Shown: positions 1 through 8,791 of the stretch, piece by piece | Position numbering within the stretch: position 1 is the stretch's first letter | Layout of the letters: the number at the start of each line of letters is the position of its first letter | NCBI GenBank assembly: GCA_049840735.1 | Contig: JASGJN010000026.1 | Coordinates: 384,001-448,000, forward strand | DNA from: Anaeromyxobacter sp. | GTDB taxonomy: Bacteria > Myxococcota > Myxococcia > Myxococcales > Anaeromyxobacteraceae | Length of the DNA: 64,000 nucleotides | Direction: 5' to 3' | Notes under the pieces: generated by a model | What the model was told of the DNA's origin: nothing | The model's input: only the letters and a program-made list of their open reading frames with translations | Database searches by the model: none | Translations under genes and position numbers: made by a program

Positions 1-134
1 AAGGCCACCGCCTCCTCGGCGCCGCCGAACGTCTCCGGCGCCAGCTGGCGGCAGGTGTCGCAGGCGATGCAGCGGTCGTCGACCGAGAGGTCGCCGGGGG
101 CGTTCAGCGGGTGCAGGCGGGCGGGGCGGGCCAC
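1..134 (-). CDS. 5' part (runs off window) of a ferredoxin-like/MBL-fold metallo-hydrolase family protein
   Basis: Manual translation from GTG at 134: VARPARLHPLNAPGDLSVDDRCIACDTCRQLAPETFGG. The CxxCxxC..AP motif is typical of the N-terminal ferredoxin domain of this family. Confidence 0.65.
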   Translation of the reverse strand, partial: MARPARLHPLNAPGDLSVDDRCIACDTCRQLAPETFGGAEEAVA

Positions 135-290
135 GCGCCGGTCATAGCGGCGGGCGGCTTCCCGCGCCGCCCGCAACCTCCGCCCGCACCCACGGCCCGA
201 GCCCCGGGCTCACCGGGGGTTCGGGCGCGCCTGAAGCGCCGCGCGCCCCGGGGGACCGGGGCGCGCGGGTGGGCAAGGGTGCGGCGCGGC

Positions 291-689
291 TCAGTGCTTG
301 CCGTGCCCGTTGCCGTGCCCGTGCCCGTGCCCGCCGCCGCCGTGGCCGCGCTTGTAGGCCTTCTTGGCCTGCCCGGGCGGCATCCAGTTGCGGTAGTGGC
401 CCTCGGGGAGCTCGACCAGGCGGGCGGGCACCACGCGGCGCTCCACCACCACCCAGCCGTGCCGGTGATCCGGCGAGCGGTACCAGGCGTCCCCGCGGCG
501 GCACCAGTAGTGGTTGTCGACGTAGAAGACCTCCTCCTGGACCTGCGGGACCACCTGGACGCCGGGCTGGATCACGACCAGCTGCGGCAGGACCGCCGGC
601 AGGTTGATCTGGAACCCGGCGGAGATGGTGGCCTGGCCGAGGGCCAGGGTCGGGGACAGGACGGCGAGTGCGAGGAGGGTCTTGCGCAT
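291..689 (-). CDS. Secreted hypothetical protein with PPGQAKK motif and His/Gly-rich tail
   Basis: Signal peptide MRKTLLALAVLSPTLALG; C-terminus MPPGQAKKAYKRGHGGGGHGHGHGNGHGKH. Confidence 0.75.
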   Translation of the reverse strand: MRKTLLALAVLSPTLALGQATISAGFQINLPAVLPQLVVIQPGVQVVPQVQEEVFYVDNHYWCRRGDAWYRSPDHRHGWVVVERRVVPARLVELPEGHYRNWMPPGQAKKAYKRGHGGGGHGHGHGNGHGKH

Positions 690-878
690 GGCGGCAGGAT
701 GCGGGGCCGGGGTAGGGTAGGAGCAAGGAGCGGCCTGTCGGCCGCCGGCCCGCGCGCTACAAGATGACGGGCCTGGGCCGGAAAAGTTTCACCCCGAGCG
801 TGGGTTTCCAGATCCGGGACGCCCCGCCGCAGGGGAAGGGGGCTCGCAACCCCGCGAAGATCCAAGCCCCGGGAATCC

Positions 879-908
879 TTGACAGGCTGGCGCCCAGGAT
901 CGTATATG
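879..908 (+). promoter_or_regulatory. Putative sigma70 promoter of rplU-rpmA
   Basis: TTGACA at 879-884 and an AT-rich -10-like GTATATG at 902-908, upstream of rplU. Confidence 0.5.
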
Positions 909-989
909 ACCGCCCTTCCGGAGGCCCGGGCGTGGCGCCGTAGAACGCGCGCGACCGGACCCACCTCCCCAGATTTCGAGGAGAAGGCG

Positions 990-1295
990 ATGTACGCGGT
1001 GATTCGGACCGGCGGGAAGCAGTACCGCGTCGCCCAGGGCGATCGCGTGAAGATCGAGAAGCTGGCCGGCGATGTCGGCGGCAAGGTGAACTTCGACGTG
1101 CTGCTCGTCGGAGGCGAGGGCGAGGCCAGGATCGGCAAGCCCGTCGTCGACGGCGCGGCGGTCGAGGGCGAGATCGTCGCCCAGGGCAAGCACAAGAAGG
1201 TCATCAACTTCCGGAAGAAGAAGGAAGGCTGGACCAAGAAGCGCGGCCACCGGCAGCCGTACACCGAGGTCGTCATCACCACCGTCCGGGCGTAG
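990..1295 (+). CDS. rplU: 50S ribosomal protein L21
   Basis: [14 protein letters not shown]...[18 protein letters not shown] upstream. Confidence 0.98.
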   Translation: MYAVIRTGGKQYRVAQGDRVKIEKLAGDVGGKVNFDVLLVGGEGEARIGKPVVDGAAVEGEIVAQGKHKKVINFRKKKEGWTKKRGHRQPYTEVVITTVRA

Positions 1296-1370
1296 CGCGC
1301 CCTCCCTCCCCGCCCTGCGGGCGAGGGAAACACGGCCCAGCTCGGGACGAGCGGAAAGGCAGAACGCACC

Positions 1371-1625
1371 ATGGCTCACAAAAAGGGACAGGGCTCCTCG
1401 CGCAACGGGCGTGACTCCCCGGGGCAGCACCGCGGGGTCAAGATCTACGGCTCCGAGAAGGTCACGGCCGGCAACATCATCATGCGCCAGGTCGGCACCC
1501 TCATCCACCCCGGCCAGAACGTCGGGATGGGCAAGGACTTCACGCTGTTCGCCCTGGTGGACGGCACCGTGAAGTACAGCCGGACCCGCGGCGATCGCCG
1601 CGTCGTCTCGGTCATCGAGGGCTAG
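1371..1625 (+). CDS. rpmA: 50S ribosomal protein L27
   Basis: [16 protein letters not shown]...[12 protein letters not shown]. Confidence 0.98.
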   Translation: MAHKKGQGSSRNGRDSPGQHRGVKIYGSEKVTAGNIIMRQVGTLIHPGQNVGMGKDFTLFALVDGTVKYSRTRGDRRVVSVIEG

Positions 1626-1645
1626 GCTCCGCCCGGCGGAGCAGC

Positions 1646-1689
1646 AACGCGGCGCCGCGGGCCCTGAGGGTCCGCGGCGTTGCGCGTTT
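1646..1689 (+). terminator. GC-rich hairpin after rpmA (possible terminator or processing stem)
   Basis: AACGCGGCGCCGCGGGCCC-TGAG-GGGTCCGCGGCGTTGCGCGTTT immediately after the rpmA stop. Confidence 0.4.
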
Positions 1690-1722
1690 GTGGGGCCGGA
1701 GCGCGCGGCCCCGGGATCAGGG

Positions 1723-2017
1723 CCGTTCGCCCTGCGTGCAGCGGAACGGAAGGGCGAGCCAGCCGTCAGGCCCGTTCGCCCTGCGTGCAGCGGAACGGAA
1801 GGGCGAGCCGGCCGTCAGGCCCGTTCGCCCTGCGTGCAGCGGAACGGAGGGGCGAGCCGGCCGTCAGGCCCGTTCGCCCTGCGTGCAGCGGAACGGAGGG
1901 GCGAGCCGGCCGTCAGGCCCGTTCGCCCTGCGTGCAGCGGAACGGAAGGGCGAGCCGGCCGTCAGGCCCGTTCGCCCTGAGCGTAGCGGCGCGCAGCGCC
2001 GCGGAGTCGAAGGGCGA
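1723..2017. repeat. Tandem array of 49-bp palindromic units (5 near-identical copies plus 1 variant), REP-like
   Basis: Units start at 1723, 1772, 1821, 1870, 1919, 1968. Unit is CCGTTCGCCCTGCGTGCAGCGGAACGGARGGGCGAGCCRGCCGTCAGGC with an internal TCGCCCT/AGGGCGA inverted repeat. Confidence 0.95.
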
Positions 2018-2027
2018 GGTACCCAGG

Positions 2028-3095
2028 ATGAAATTCGTCGACGAGGTGAAGATCTACGTGAAGGCCGGCGACGGCGGCGACGGCGCCGTGGCCTGGCGGC
2101 GGGAGAAGTTCATCCCCCGCGGCGGCCCGGCCGGCGGCGACGGCGGCAACGGCGGCGACGTGGTGCTGGTGGTCGACGCGCAGCTCTCCACGCTGCTCGA
2201 CTTCCGCTACGTGCGCGAGCACAAGGCCCGCAACGGCGAGAAGGGCCACGGCTCGGACATGAACGGCGTGGACGGCGCCGACCTGGAGCTGCGGGTCCCG
2301 CCGGGCACGGTGGTGAAGGACGCCGCCAGCGGCCAGGTGATCGTGGACCTGGGCACGCCCGGCCAGCGGTACGTGATCGCCAAGGGCGGCCGGGGCGGCC
2401 TGGGCAACATGAACTACGCCACCTCGACCAACCAGGCCCCGCGCTACGCCCAGGACGGCACCGACGGCGAGGAGAAGGACCTCATCCTCGAGCTGAAGCT
2501 GCTGGCCGACGTGGGCATCGTGGGCTTCCCCAACGCGGGCAAGTCCACGCTCATCAGCCGCATCTCGCGCGCCCGCCCGAAGATCGCCGACTACCCGTTC
2601 ACCACGCTGGTGCCGAACCTGGGCGTGGTCTCCTGGCGCGGCGAGCGGTCCTTCGTGGTGGCCGACATCCCCGGCCTGATCGAGGGCGCGCACACCGGCG
2701 CCGGGCTGGGCCACCAGTTCCTGCGCCACGTCGAGCGCTGCCGCGTGCTGGTCCACCTGGTCGAGGGCGCGAACCCCGAGCCCGGGCGCGAGCCCAGGGG
2801 CGACCTCGAGACCATCAACCGGGAGCTGGCGCTCTACTCGCCCGAGCTGGCGAAGAAGCCGCAGATCATCGCGGTCACCAAGGTGGACGTGCCCGAGGCC
2901 CGCGCCGCCGGCGAGAAGCTGGCCAAGCTGCTGGGCCGGCGCAAGAAGCCGGTGCCGGTGCACCTGGTGTCGGCGGTGACCGGCGAGGGGCTGCCCGAGC
3001 TGCTGGACGCGGTCGGCCGCGCACTCTACGAGGACGCCGTCCCGCGCCGCGGCGGCGGCGGCCGCAAGCTGGCCAAGCCGAGGGCCCGCACGTGA
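2028..3095 (+). CDS. obgE: GTPase ObgE/CgtA
   Basis: MKFVDEVKIYVKAGDGG, GFPNAGKST, DYPFTT, DIPGLIEGA; standard rplU-rpmA-obgE synteny. Confidence 0.97.
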   Translation: MKFVDEVKIYVKAGDGGDGAVAWRREKFIPRGGPAGGDGGNGGDVVLVVDAQLSTLLDFRYVREHKARNGEKGHGSDMNGVDGADLELRVPPGTVVKDAASGQVIVDLGTPGQRYVIAKGGRGGLGNMNYATSTNQAPRYAQDGTDGEEKDLILELKLLADVGIVGFPNAGKSTLISRISRARPKIADYPFTTLVPNLGVVSWRGERSFVVADIPGLIEGAHTGAGLGHQFLRHVERCRVLVHLVEGANPEPGREPRGDLETINRELALYSPELAKKPQIIAVTKVDVPEARAAGEKLAKLLGRRKKPVPVHLVSAVTGEGLPELLDAVGRALYEDAVPRRGGGGRKLAKPRART

Positions 3096-3796
3096 GCGGG
3101 CCGGGGCGCCCGGCCGATCCGCCCTCGGCCGACTTCCTCGTCCCGGAGCGCCGCGCGCGCATCGACCAGGTGGTGGCCGGGCGGACCCGGACGCTCACCG
3201 TGGTGATGGAGGCGTTCTGCGACCCGCAGAACGTCAACGCCGTCCTGCGCACCTGCGAGGCCTTCGGCGTCCAGGCGCTGCACGCGATCGAGGGGCCCAT
3301 GAAGCCCTTCGACCGCAACAAGAAGATCAGCCAGAACGCCGACAAGTGGCTGGAGGTGCACCGCTGGGAGTCCACCCGCGCGTGCCTGGAGCACCTCAAG
3401 GCCGAGGGCTTCGCCATCTACGTCACGCACCTGGGGCCGGGCTCGCGGCGGCTGCGCGAGCTCTCGTTCGCCGGCAAGGTGGCGCTGGTGTTCGGCAACG
3501 AGCACAGCGGCGTGTCGGACGAGGCGGTGGCGCTGGCCGACGCCAGCTACGCCATCCCCATGCGCGGGTTCGTGCAGTCGCTCAACGTGTCGGTGGCGGC
3601 CGCCATCTCCATCGCCACCGCGGTGGAGCAGCGCGAGGCCCAGCGCGGCCGGCATGGCGACCTCACCGAGGCCGAGCAGGCCGAGCTGCGCGAGCGGTTC
3701 TACGTCTCGGGCGTGAAGCAACGGACCCGGATCGCCAAGGCCCAGCACGCCGCCGAGCGGCGCGCGCGCTACGCGCGGCGGCGCGGGCAGGGCTGA
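3092..3796 (+). CDS. TrmH/SpoU-family RNA methyltransferase
   Basis: DPQNVNAVLRTCEAFG, LVFGNEHSGVS and IPMRGFVQSLNVSVAA SPOUT motifs; GTG start overlaps the obgE stop (GTGA). Confidence 0.9.
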   Translation: MSGPGRPADPPSADFLVPERRARIDQVVAGRTRTLTVVMEAFCDPQNVNAVLRTCEAFGVQALHAIEGPMKPFDRNKKISQNADKWLEVHRWESTRACLEHLKAEGFAIYVTHLGPGSRRLRELSFAGKVALVFGNEHSGVSDEAVALADASYAIPMRGFVQSLNVSVAAAISIATAVEQREAQRGRHGDLTEAEQAELRERFYVSGVKQRTRIAKAQHAAERRARYARRRGQG

Positions 3797-3891
3797 GCCG
3801 CGCCCGTTACGGGCGCGTGACACACGGCCCGCGGCCGGCGTGGTGGCATCCCTCCTGAACCGGGGCCGACCCGGTGAAAGGAGTGGACCTC

Positions 3892-5043
3892 ATGACCCCG
3901 ACCCGCCTGAAGGCCTGGACCTGGACCGCCGCCCTCGCCGCGTCCCTCGCGCTCACCTCGCCGCCCGCCGGCGCCGCCCAGGCCCCGCCGGCGCACCCCC
4001 GCCCGGTGGTGCAGCTGGCGCTGCTCCTCGACACCTCGAACAGCATGGATGGGCTCATCGACCAGGCCCGGGTGCAGCTCTGGAAGGTGGTGAACACGCT
4101 GTCCGCGGCGCGCCGCGGCGGCGTACGGCCCGACCTGCGCATCGCGCTCTACGAGTACGGCAACGACGGCCTGCCCGCCGGCGGCCACTGGATCCGGCTG
4201 GTCACCCCGTTCACGTCCGACCTGGATCTCGTCAGCGAGCGGCTCTTCGCGCTCACCACCAACGGCGGCCAGGAGTACTGCGGCGCGGTCATCGACCGCG
4301 CGCTGCACGACCTCGACTGGTCGCGCTCCGCCGACGACCTGAAGCTGGTCTTCATCGCCGGCAACGAGCCGTTCACCCAGGGGCCGGTGGAGTTCCGCCG
4401 GGTGGTCCGGCAGGCCGCCTCGCGCGGGATCACCGTGAACACCATCCACTGCGGCCCCGAGGGCCTGGGGGTGGAGACCGGCTGGCGGGACGGCGCGCTG
4501 CTGTCCGGCGGGGCCTTCACCACCATCGACCAGGACCGCGTGGCGGTGGACCCGCCGGCGCCGCAGGACGCCGAGCTGGTCCGGCTCAACGAGCAGCTCA
4601 ACCGCACCTACCTGGCCTACGGCGCGCTCGGCAAGGCGTCGCAGGAGCGGCAGGCGGCGCAGGACGCGAACGCGGCCAAGATGTCGTCGAGCGCGCTCGC
4701 GGCGCGCACCAGCTCCAAGGCCGGCGCCTACTACACCAACTCCGGCTGGGACCTGGTGGACGGGGTCCGGGACGGGCGCGTGAAGCTGGAGGCGCTGAAG
4801 GCCGACGACCTCCCGGAGGAGCTGCGGAGGCTGCCCCCCGGCGAGCGGCGGGCGTACGTGGACGCCCGGGCCCGCGAGCGCGCCGCGCTGCAGCAGCGCA
4901 TCGCCGCGCTCTCGGTCGAGCGCGGCGCCTTCCTCGCGAAGGCCCGGGCCGCCGTGGCGGACGCCGGCCAGGGGACGCTGGACGCGGCCATGCTCCAGAC
5001 CGTCAAGGTCCAGGCGGCGAAGAAGCAGTACACTCTCGACTGA
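3892..5043 (+). CDS. Secreted von Willebrand factor A domain protein
   Basis: Signal peptide, then VVQLALLLDTSNSMDGLIDQAR (MIDAS DxSxS) and VFIAGNEPF; SD AAGGAG upstream. Confidence 0.88.
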   Translation: MTPTRLKAWTWTAALAASLALTSPPAGAAQAPPAHPRPVVQLALLLDTSNSMDGLIDQARVQLWKVVNTLSAARRGGVRPDLRIALYEYGNDGLPAGGHWIRLVTPFTSDLDLVSERLFALTTNGGQEYCGAVIDRALHDLDWSRSADDLKLVFIAGNEPFTQGPVEFRRVVRQAASRGITVNTIHCGPEGLGVETGWRDGALLSGGAFTTIDQDRVAVDPPAPQDAELVRLNEQLNRTYLAYGALGKASQERQAAQDANAAKMSSSALAARTSSKAGAYYTNSGWDLVDGVRDGRVKLEALKADDLPEELRRLPPGERRAYVDARARERAALQQRIAALSVERGAFLAKARAAVADAGQGTLDAAMLQTVKVQAAKKQYTLD

Positions 5044-5047
5044 GCCC

Positions 5048-5746
5048 ATGCCCGCCCGGCGCATCCTGGTGATCGAGGACGACCCCGCCATCCGCCGCGG
5101 CGTGGTGGACGCGCTCCGGTTCGCCGGGCACCACCCCGTGGAGGCGGCCACGTTCCAGGACGGCCTGGCCGCGGCGCTGCGGCCCGGGGTGGACCTGCTG
5201 CTGGTGGACCGGGTGCTGCCGGGCGGCGATGGGCTGGACATCCTGGTGGAGGCGCGCAGCGCCCACCCGACCTTGCCGGCCATCGTCCTCACCGCCCGCG
5301 GGGCGGAGGGGGACCGCGTCCACGGGCTCACGCTGGGCGCGGACGACTACGTGGTGAAGCCGTTCTCCGCCCGCGAGCTCCTGGCGCGCGTGGAGGCGGT
5401 CCTGCGCCGCAGCGCCGAGCGCCCGGCGGACCTGACGCGGGTGGCCTTCGAGGGCGGCGAGGCCGAGCTGGGCAGCCGCGAGGTCCGGCTCACCGGCGGC
5501 GGCACCGCCGAGCTCTCCGAGCGCGAGGCCGAGCTGCTGCGCTACCTGGCGCGGGCCGAGGGCCGCCCCGTCTCCCGGGACGAGCTGCTGGAGCGCGTCT
5601 GGCACCTGCGGCCCCAGGGGGTCCACACCCGCACCGTGGACATGCACGTGGCGCGGCTCCGCGAGAAGCTGGGCGACGCGGCCGGGGAGCCGCGGGTGAT
5701 CGTCACGCTGCGGGGCAAGGGCTACCGCTTCCTGCGCAAGGCATGA
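5048..5746 (+). CDS. OmpR-family DNA-binding response regulator
   Basis: RILVIEDD, DLLLVD, LTAR, GADDYVVKPF, TRTVDMHVARLREKL, TLRGKGYRF. Confidence 0.95.
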   Translation: MPARRILVIEDDPAIRRGVVDALRFAGHHPVEAATFQDGLAAALRPGVDLLLVDRVLPGGDGLDILVEARSAHPTLPAIVLTARGAEGDRVHGLTLGADDYVVKPFSARELLARVEAVLRRSAERPADLTRVAFEGGEAELGSREVRLTGGGTAELSEREAELLRYLARAEGRPVSRDELLERVWHLRPQGVHTRTVDMHVARLREKLGDAAGEPRVIVTLRGKGYRFLRKA

Positions 5747-7383
5747 CCCGCCGCTGGCACCTCTGGGCGGTCTTCGCCCTCTGCCTGGCCGGGCTGCTCG
5801 CCGGCGTGGGCGGGATCAGCCTGGCCGCCCTCCGGCTCGACCGCGCGGAGGCGGAGGCGCGCCGGCAGGCGGCGCTGGAGCAGGACGTGCGGCTGGCGCT
5901 GTGGCGGCTGGACGCCGCGGTGGCGCCGCTGCTGGCCCGCGAGGGCGCGCGGCCGGCCCGGGCCTACGCGGCGGCCCTGCCGCTCCCGGAGCGCGTGCTG
6001 GCCCACTTCCAGCTGTCGCCCGGTGGCGAGCTGCGCTCGCCGCAGGGGGCCGCGGCCGCGCCGGTGCTGGAGGCGCTGCGGCCGCGGCTGGCGTGGCGTG
6101 GGCTCCTGGCGGCGCTCGGGCCGGTCCCGGCAGACCAGGCTTCGAAGGCCTCGCCGGCCGCGGCCGCGCCCGCGACCAAGCAGCGCCCCAGGGTCCTCTC
6201 CTTCGAGTCCGTCGAGTCGCGGAAGAGCGAATCGGAGTACCAGGCCCGACAGCGGCAGGTGACCGCGATGAACGTACAGGCGCTCCCGCCGGCGCCAGCC
6301 GCACCCTCGCGGCGGCCGGACCCGCCGCCGGCGCCCGCCGGGGAAGGCGTGATGACGCCGGTCTGGCTGGGGGATCGGCTGGTGCTGCTGCGCAGGGTGG
6401 GCGACGGGGAGGGGGCGCTCCAGGGCTGCGTGCTCGACTGGGAGCGGATCCGCGCCAGCCTGCTGCAGGAGGTGGTGGATTTCTTCCCGGACGCCAGGCT
6501 GGTGCCGGCGCCGGCGGCCGCAGCGCCCGGGCGCAGGCTGGCCGCGCTGCCGGTGGGGCTGGTCCCGGGGGCGCTCCCGTCCAGCCCGGCCGGCGACTCG
6601 CCGCTCTGGCCGGTGCTGGTGGCCACCTGGACGCTGGTGCTGCTGGCGTCTGGCGCGGTGCTGGCGCTGCTCCTGGGGGTGCAGCGGCTCTCCGAGCGGC
6701 GCGCGGCCTTCGTCTCGGCGGTGACCCACGAGCTGCGCACGCCGCTCACGACCTTCCGCCTCTACGTCGAGATGCTGGCGGACGGCATGGTCCCGGACGA
6801 GCGCCGGCGGCAGGAGTACCTGGAGACGCTGCGGCGGGAGGCGCTGCGCCTGGGGCACCTGGTCGAGAACGTGCTCGCCTTCGGCCGCGTGGAGCGGGGC
6901 AGGCTGGTCCGGCGCCCCGAGCCCCTGGGCCTGGCGGCGCTGCTCGCGCGGCACGGGGAGCGGCTGCGGGAGCGCGCCGCCGCGGCCGGCATGTCGCTCG
7001 AGGTCCAGGTCCCGGAGGAGCTGGTGGTCCTGGGCGAGCCGGGCGCCCTGGAGCAGATCCTGTTCAACCTGGTCGACAACGCCTGCAAGTACGCCGCGGG
7101 CGCGCAGGATCGCCGCATACAGCTGGCGGCCCGGCGCGAGGGCCCGCGCGTCCGGGTCACGGTGCGCGACTTCGGGCCCGGGATCGCGCGCCAGGACCGG
7201 CGCCGGCTCTTCGTCCCCTTCAGCCGGTCCGCGGCGCACGCGGCCGGCGCGGCGCCGGGCGTGGGGCTGGGGCTGGCGCTCTGCCGGTCCCTGGCGCGGA
7301 GCCTCCGCGGCTCGCTCGAGCTCGAGCCCGTGAGCGGGCCTGGCGCCTGCTTCGCGCTCCGGCTCCGGGCGGGCGGGTGCTGA
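5743..7383 (+). CDS. Membrane sensor histidine kinase
   Basis: Two TM segments; H-box FVSAVTHELRTPLT; N-box NLVDNACKY; G-boxes DFGPGI and GVGLGL. Confidence 0.93.
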   Translation: MTRRWHLWAVFALCLAGLLAGVGGISLAALRLDRAEAEARRQAALEQDVRLALWRLDAAVAPLLAREGARPARAYAAALPLPERVLAHFQLSPGGELRSPQGAAAAPVLEALRPRLAWRGLLAALGPVPADQASKASPAAAAPATKQRPRVLSFESVESRKSESEYQARQRQVTAMNVQALPPAPAAPSRRPDPPPAPAGEGVMTPVWLGDRLVLLRRVGDGEGALQGCVLDWERIRASLLQEVVDFFPDARLVPAPAAAAPGRRLAALPVGLVPGALPSSPAGDSPLWPVLVATWTLVLLASGAVLALLLGVQRLSERRAAFVSAVTHELRTPLTTFRLYVEMLADGMVPDERRRQEYLETLRREALRLGHLVENVLAFGRVERGRLVRRPEPLGLAALLARHGERLRERAAAAGMSLEVQVPEELVVLGEPGALEQILFNLVDNACKYAAGAQDRRIQLAARREGPRVRVTVRDFGPGIARQDRRRLFVPFSRSAAHAAGAAPGVGLGLALCRSLARSLRGSLELEPVSGPGACFALRLRAGGC

Positions 7384-7456
7384 CCGGCGCGCACCCGGGC
7401 GCCGCGAGGGCGCGGCGGGGGGGCTCAGGGCCCAGCCGCCGCGCCGTGCGCAGGCG

Positions 7457-8551
7457 CTAGCGGCAGGTCCAGACGGTCCAGCGGTCCGTGCGGCCGCTGA
7501 TGGCGCCCGAGCTCTCGCCGCCGCCGTCGTTCCACAGGCCGTGGTTGCCGTTGGGCATCGTGCCGGTCCCGGTGAGATTGTACAGGCCGTAGTAGGTGCC
7601 GCCGCTGGCCCAGGCCAGCAGGCGGGGATCGGTGCTGGCGGTGGCCGGCGTCCCGTCCGCCGCCTGGCCGGAGCTCCAGGTGAGCCGGCCGCAGACGCGG
7701 GTGTTCGCGCTCTGCCAGGTGCTGTAGTTCTGGTTGAGCGTCACGCCGGTGGTCTCGTAGGGGTTGAGCTGCACCGGCGGATCGACCGTCGAGGACCGGT
7801 TCCAGCAGATCCAGCCGTACTGGAAGAGCTCGGCCAGCAGCCGCTGGCTGGGCCAGGAGCCGTTGGTGGCGGCGGTGCTCCGCCAGCCCTGCAGGATCGA
7901 GGAGCTGGTGGCGCTGCCGGCCACCATGCCGCCGGGCCGCTCGACGTAGTCGAACTCCAGGCGGCAGCCGCCGTAGCTCGCGCCGCCGACGGTGAGCTGG
8001 CCCTGCACCGCCACGTCCCCGGTGACGCTCAGGTCGCCGTCGATGGCGCCCCCCGTGGCGCCGACGTAGCGGCCGTCGTGGGCGTGATCCCCGGCCGCCA
8101 CCTGCCCGGCGCCGGTGCCGATCGGCAGCACGCTGGCGCTCAGGGTGCTGCTGGAGGCGTTGACGCGCGCGACGATCAGGTCGCCGCCCAGCTCGGGCAG
8201 GGTGAGCGTGATGGCGGCCTGGGCCGAGCCGGCGCTGCTGACGGCGCTCACCGCGTAGCTGCCGGAGCGGACGTCGGCCGGCAGGACCAGCTCGGCGCGG
8301 GTGGCTGTCTGGCTGCGCATCGTGGTGGCCAGCGGCTGCCCGCCGGCGTCGGTGACCGAGAGGGTCGCGCCGTCCAGCTTCGAGCCGGTGACCACCAGGC
8401 CGTCGGTGACGCGGCCCGGGTCGCCCGCGTCGTTGCCGGTGACGCTGGAGATGGTGGGCGCGGCGGCACCACCGTTCGAGGAGGAGGACGAGGAGCAGGC
8501 GACGGCCAGGAGGCAGGCCGCGACCGCCAGGAGGCGGACAGGGGTCGGCAT
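7457..8551 (-). CDS. Lipoprotein with IPT/TIG-like domain and fibre-like linker, hypothetical
   Basis: Lipobox LLAVAC and Ser linker; APTISSV...LVVTGSKLDGA (IPT-like); GTGAGQVAAGDHAHDGRY segment. Confidence 0.7.
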   Translation of the reverse strand: MPTPVRLLAVAACLLAVACSSSSSSNGGAAAPTISSVTGNDAGDPGRVTDGLVVTGSKLDGATLSVTDAGGQPLATTMRSQTATRAELVLPADVRSGSYAVSAVSSAGSAQAAITLTLPELGGDLIVARVNASSSTLSASVLPIGTGAGQVAAGDHAHDGRYVGATGGAIDGDLSVTGDVAVQGQLTVGGASYGGCRLEFDYVERPGGMVAGSATSSSILQGWRSTAATNGSWPSQRLLAELFQYGWICWNRSSTVDPPVQLNPYETTGVTLNQNYSTWQSANTRVCGRLTWSSGQAADGTPATASTDPRLLAWASGGTYYGLYNLTGTGTMPNGNHGLWNDGGGESSGAISGRTDRWTVWTCR

Positions 8552-8610
8552 CGGGTGGATCTCCAGAGCTTGGGAGGGCAGCACCCGGAGCATGACACGT
8601 ACGGAGTGTC

Positions 8611-8638
8611 TGGAAAGAAATTCTTTACACTGAGTCAA
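8611..8638 (-). promoter_or_regulatory. AT-rich palindromic operator candidate next to a -35 hexamer
   Basis: TGGAAAGAA-A-TTCTTTACA (8611-8629, one mismatch) beside minus-strand TTGACT (8633-8638), in the divergent intergenic region. Confidence 0.45.
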
Positions 8639-8791
8639 GGTGTCGCGCGGCCAGGCCCGCGCGAGCCACCTCCCGCCCGCCCGGCCGCCTGTGCCCGATC
8701 AGGCGCCGCCGGGTCGGGCGGTACCCGCGCCCGGGATCCCGGGGGCGCATTTCGGGTTTCCAGTGCTGGTGGCCGGGCGTATCTCAGCCGC

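Noticed and set aside
1723..2017. Possible CRISPR array
   Set aside because: Units are contiguous and near-identical with no unique spacers, and there are no cas genes in the window.
1680..2027. N-terminal extension of ObgE
   Set aside because: It is the translated tandem repeat. The canonical MKFVDE start at 2028 has its own SD-like sequence.
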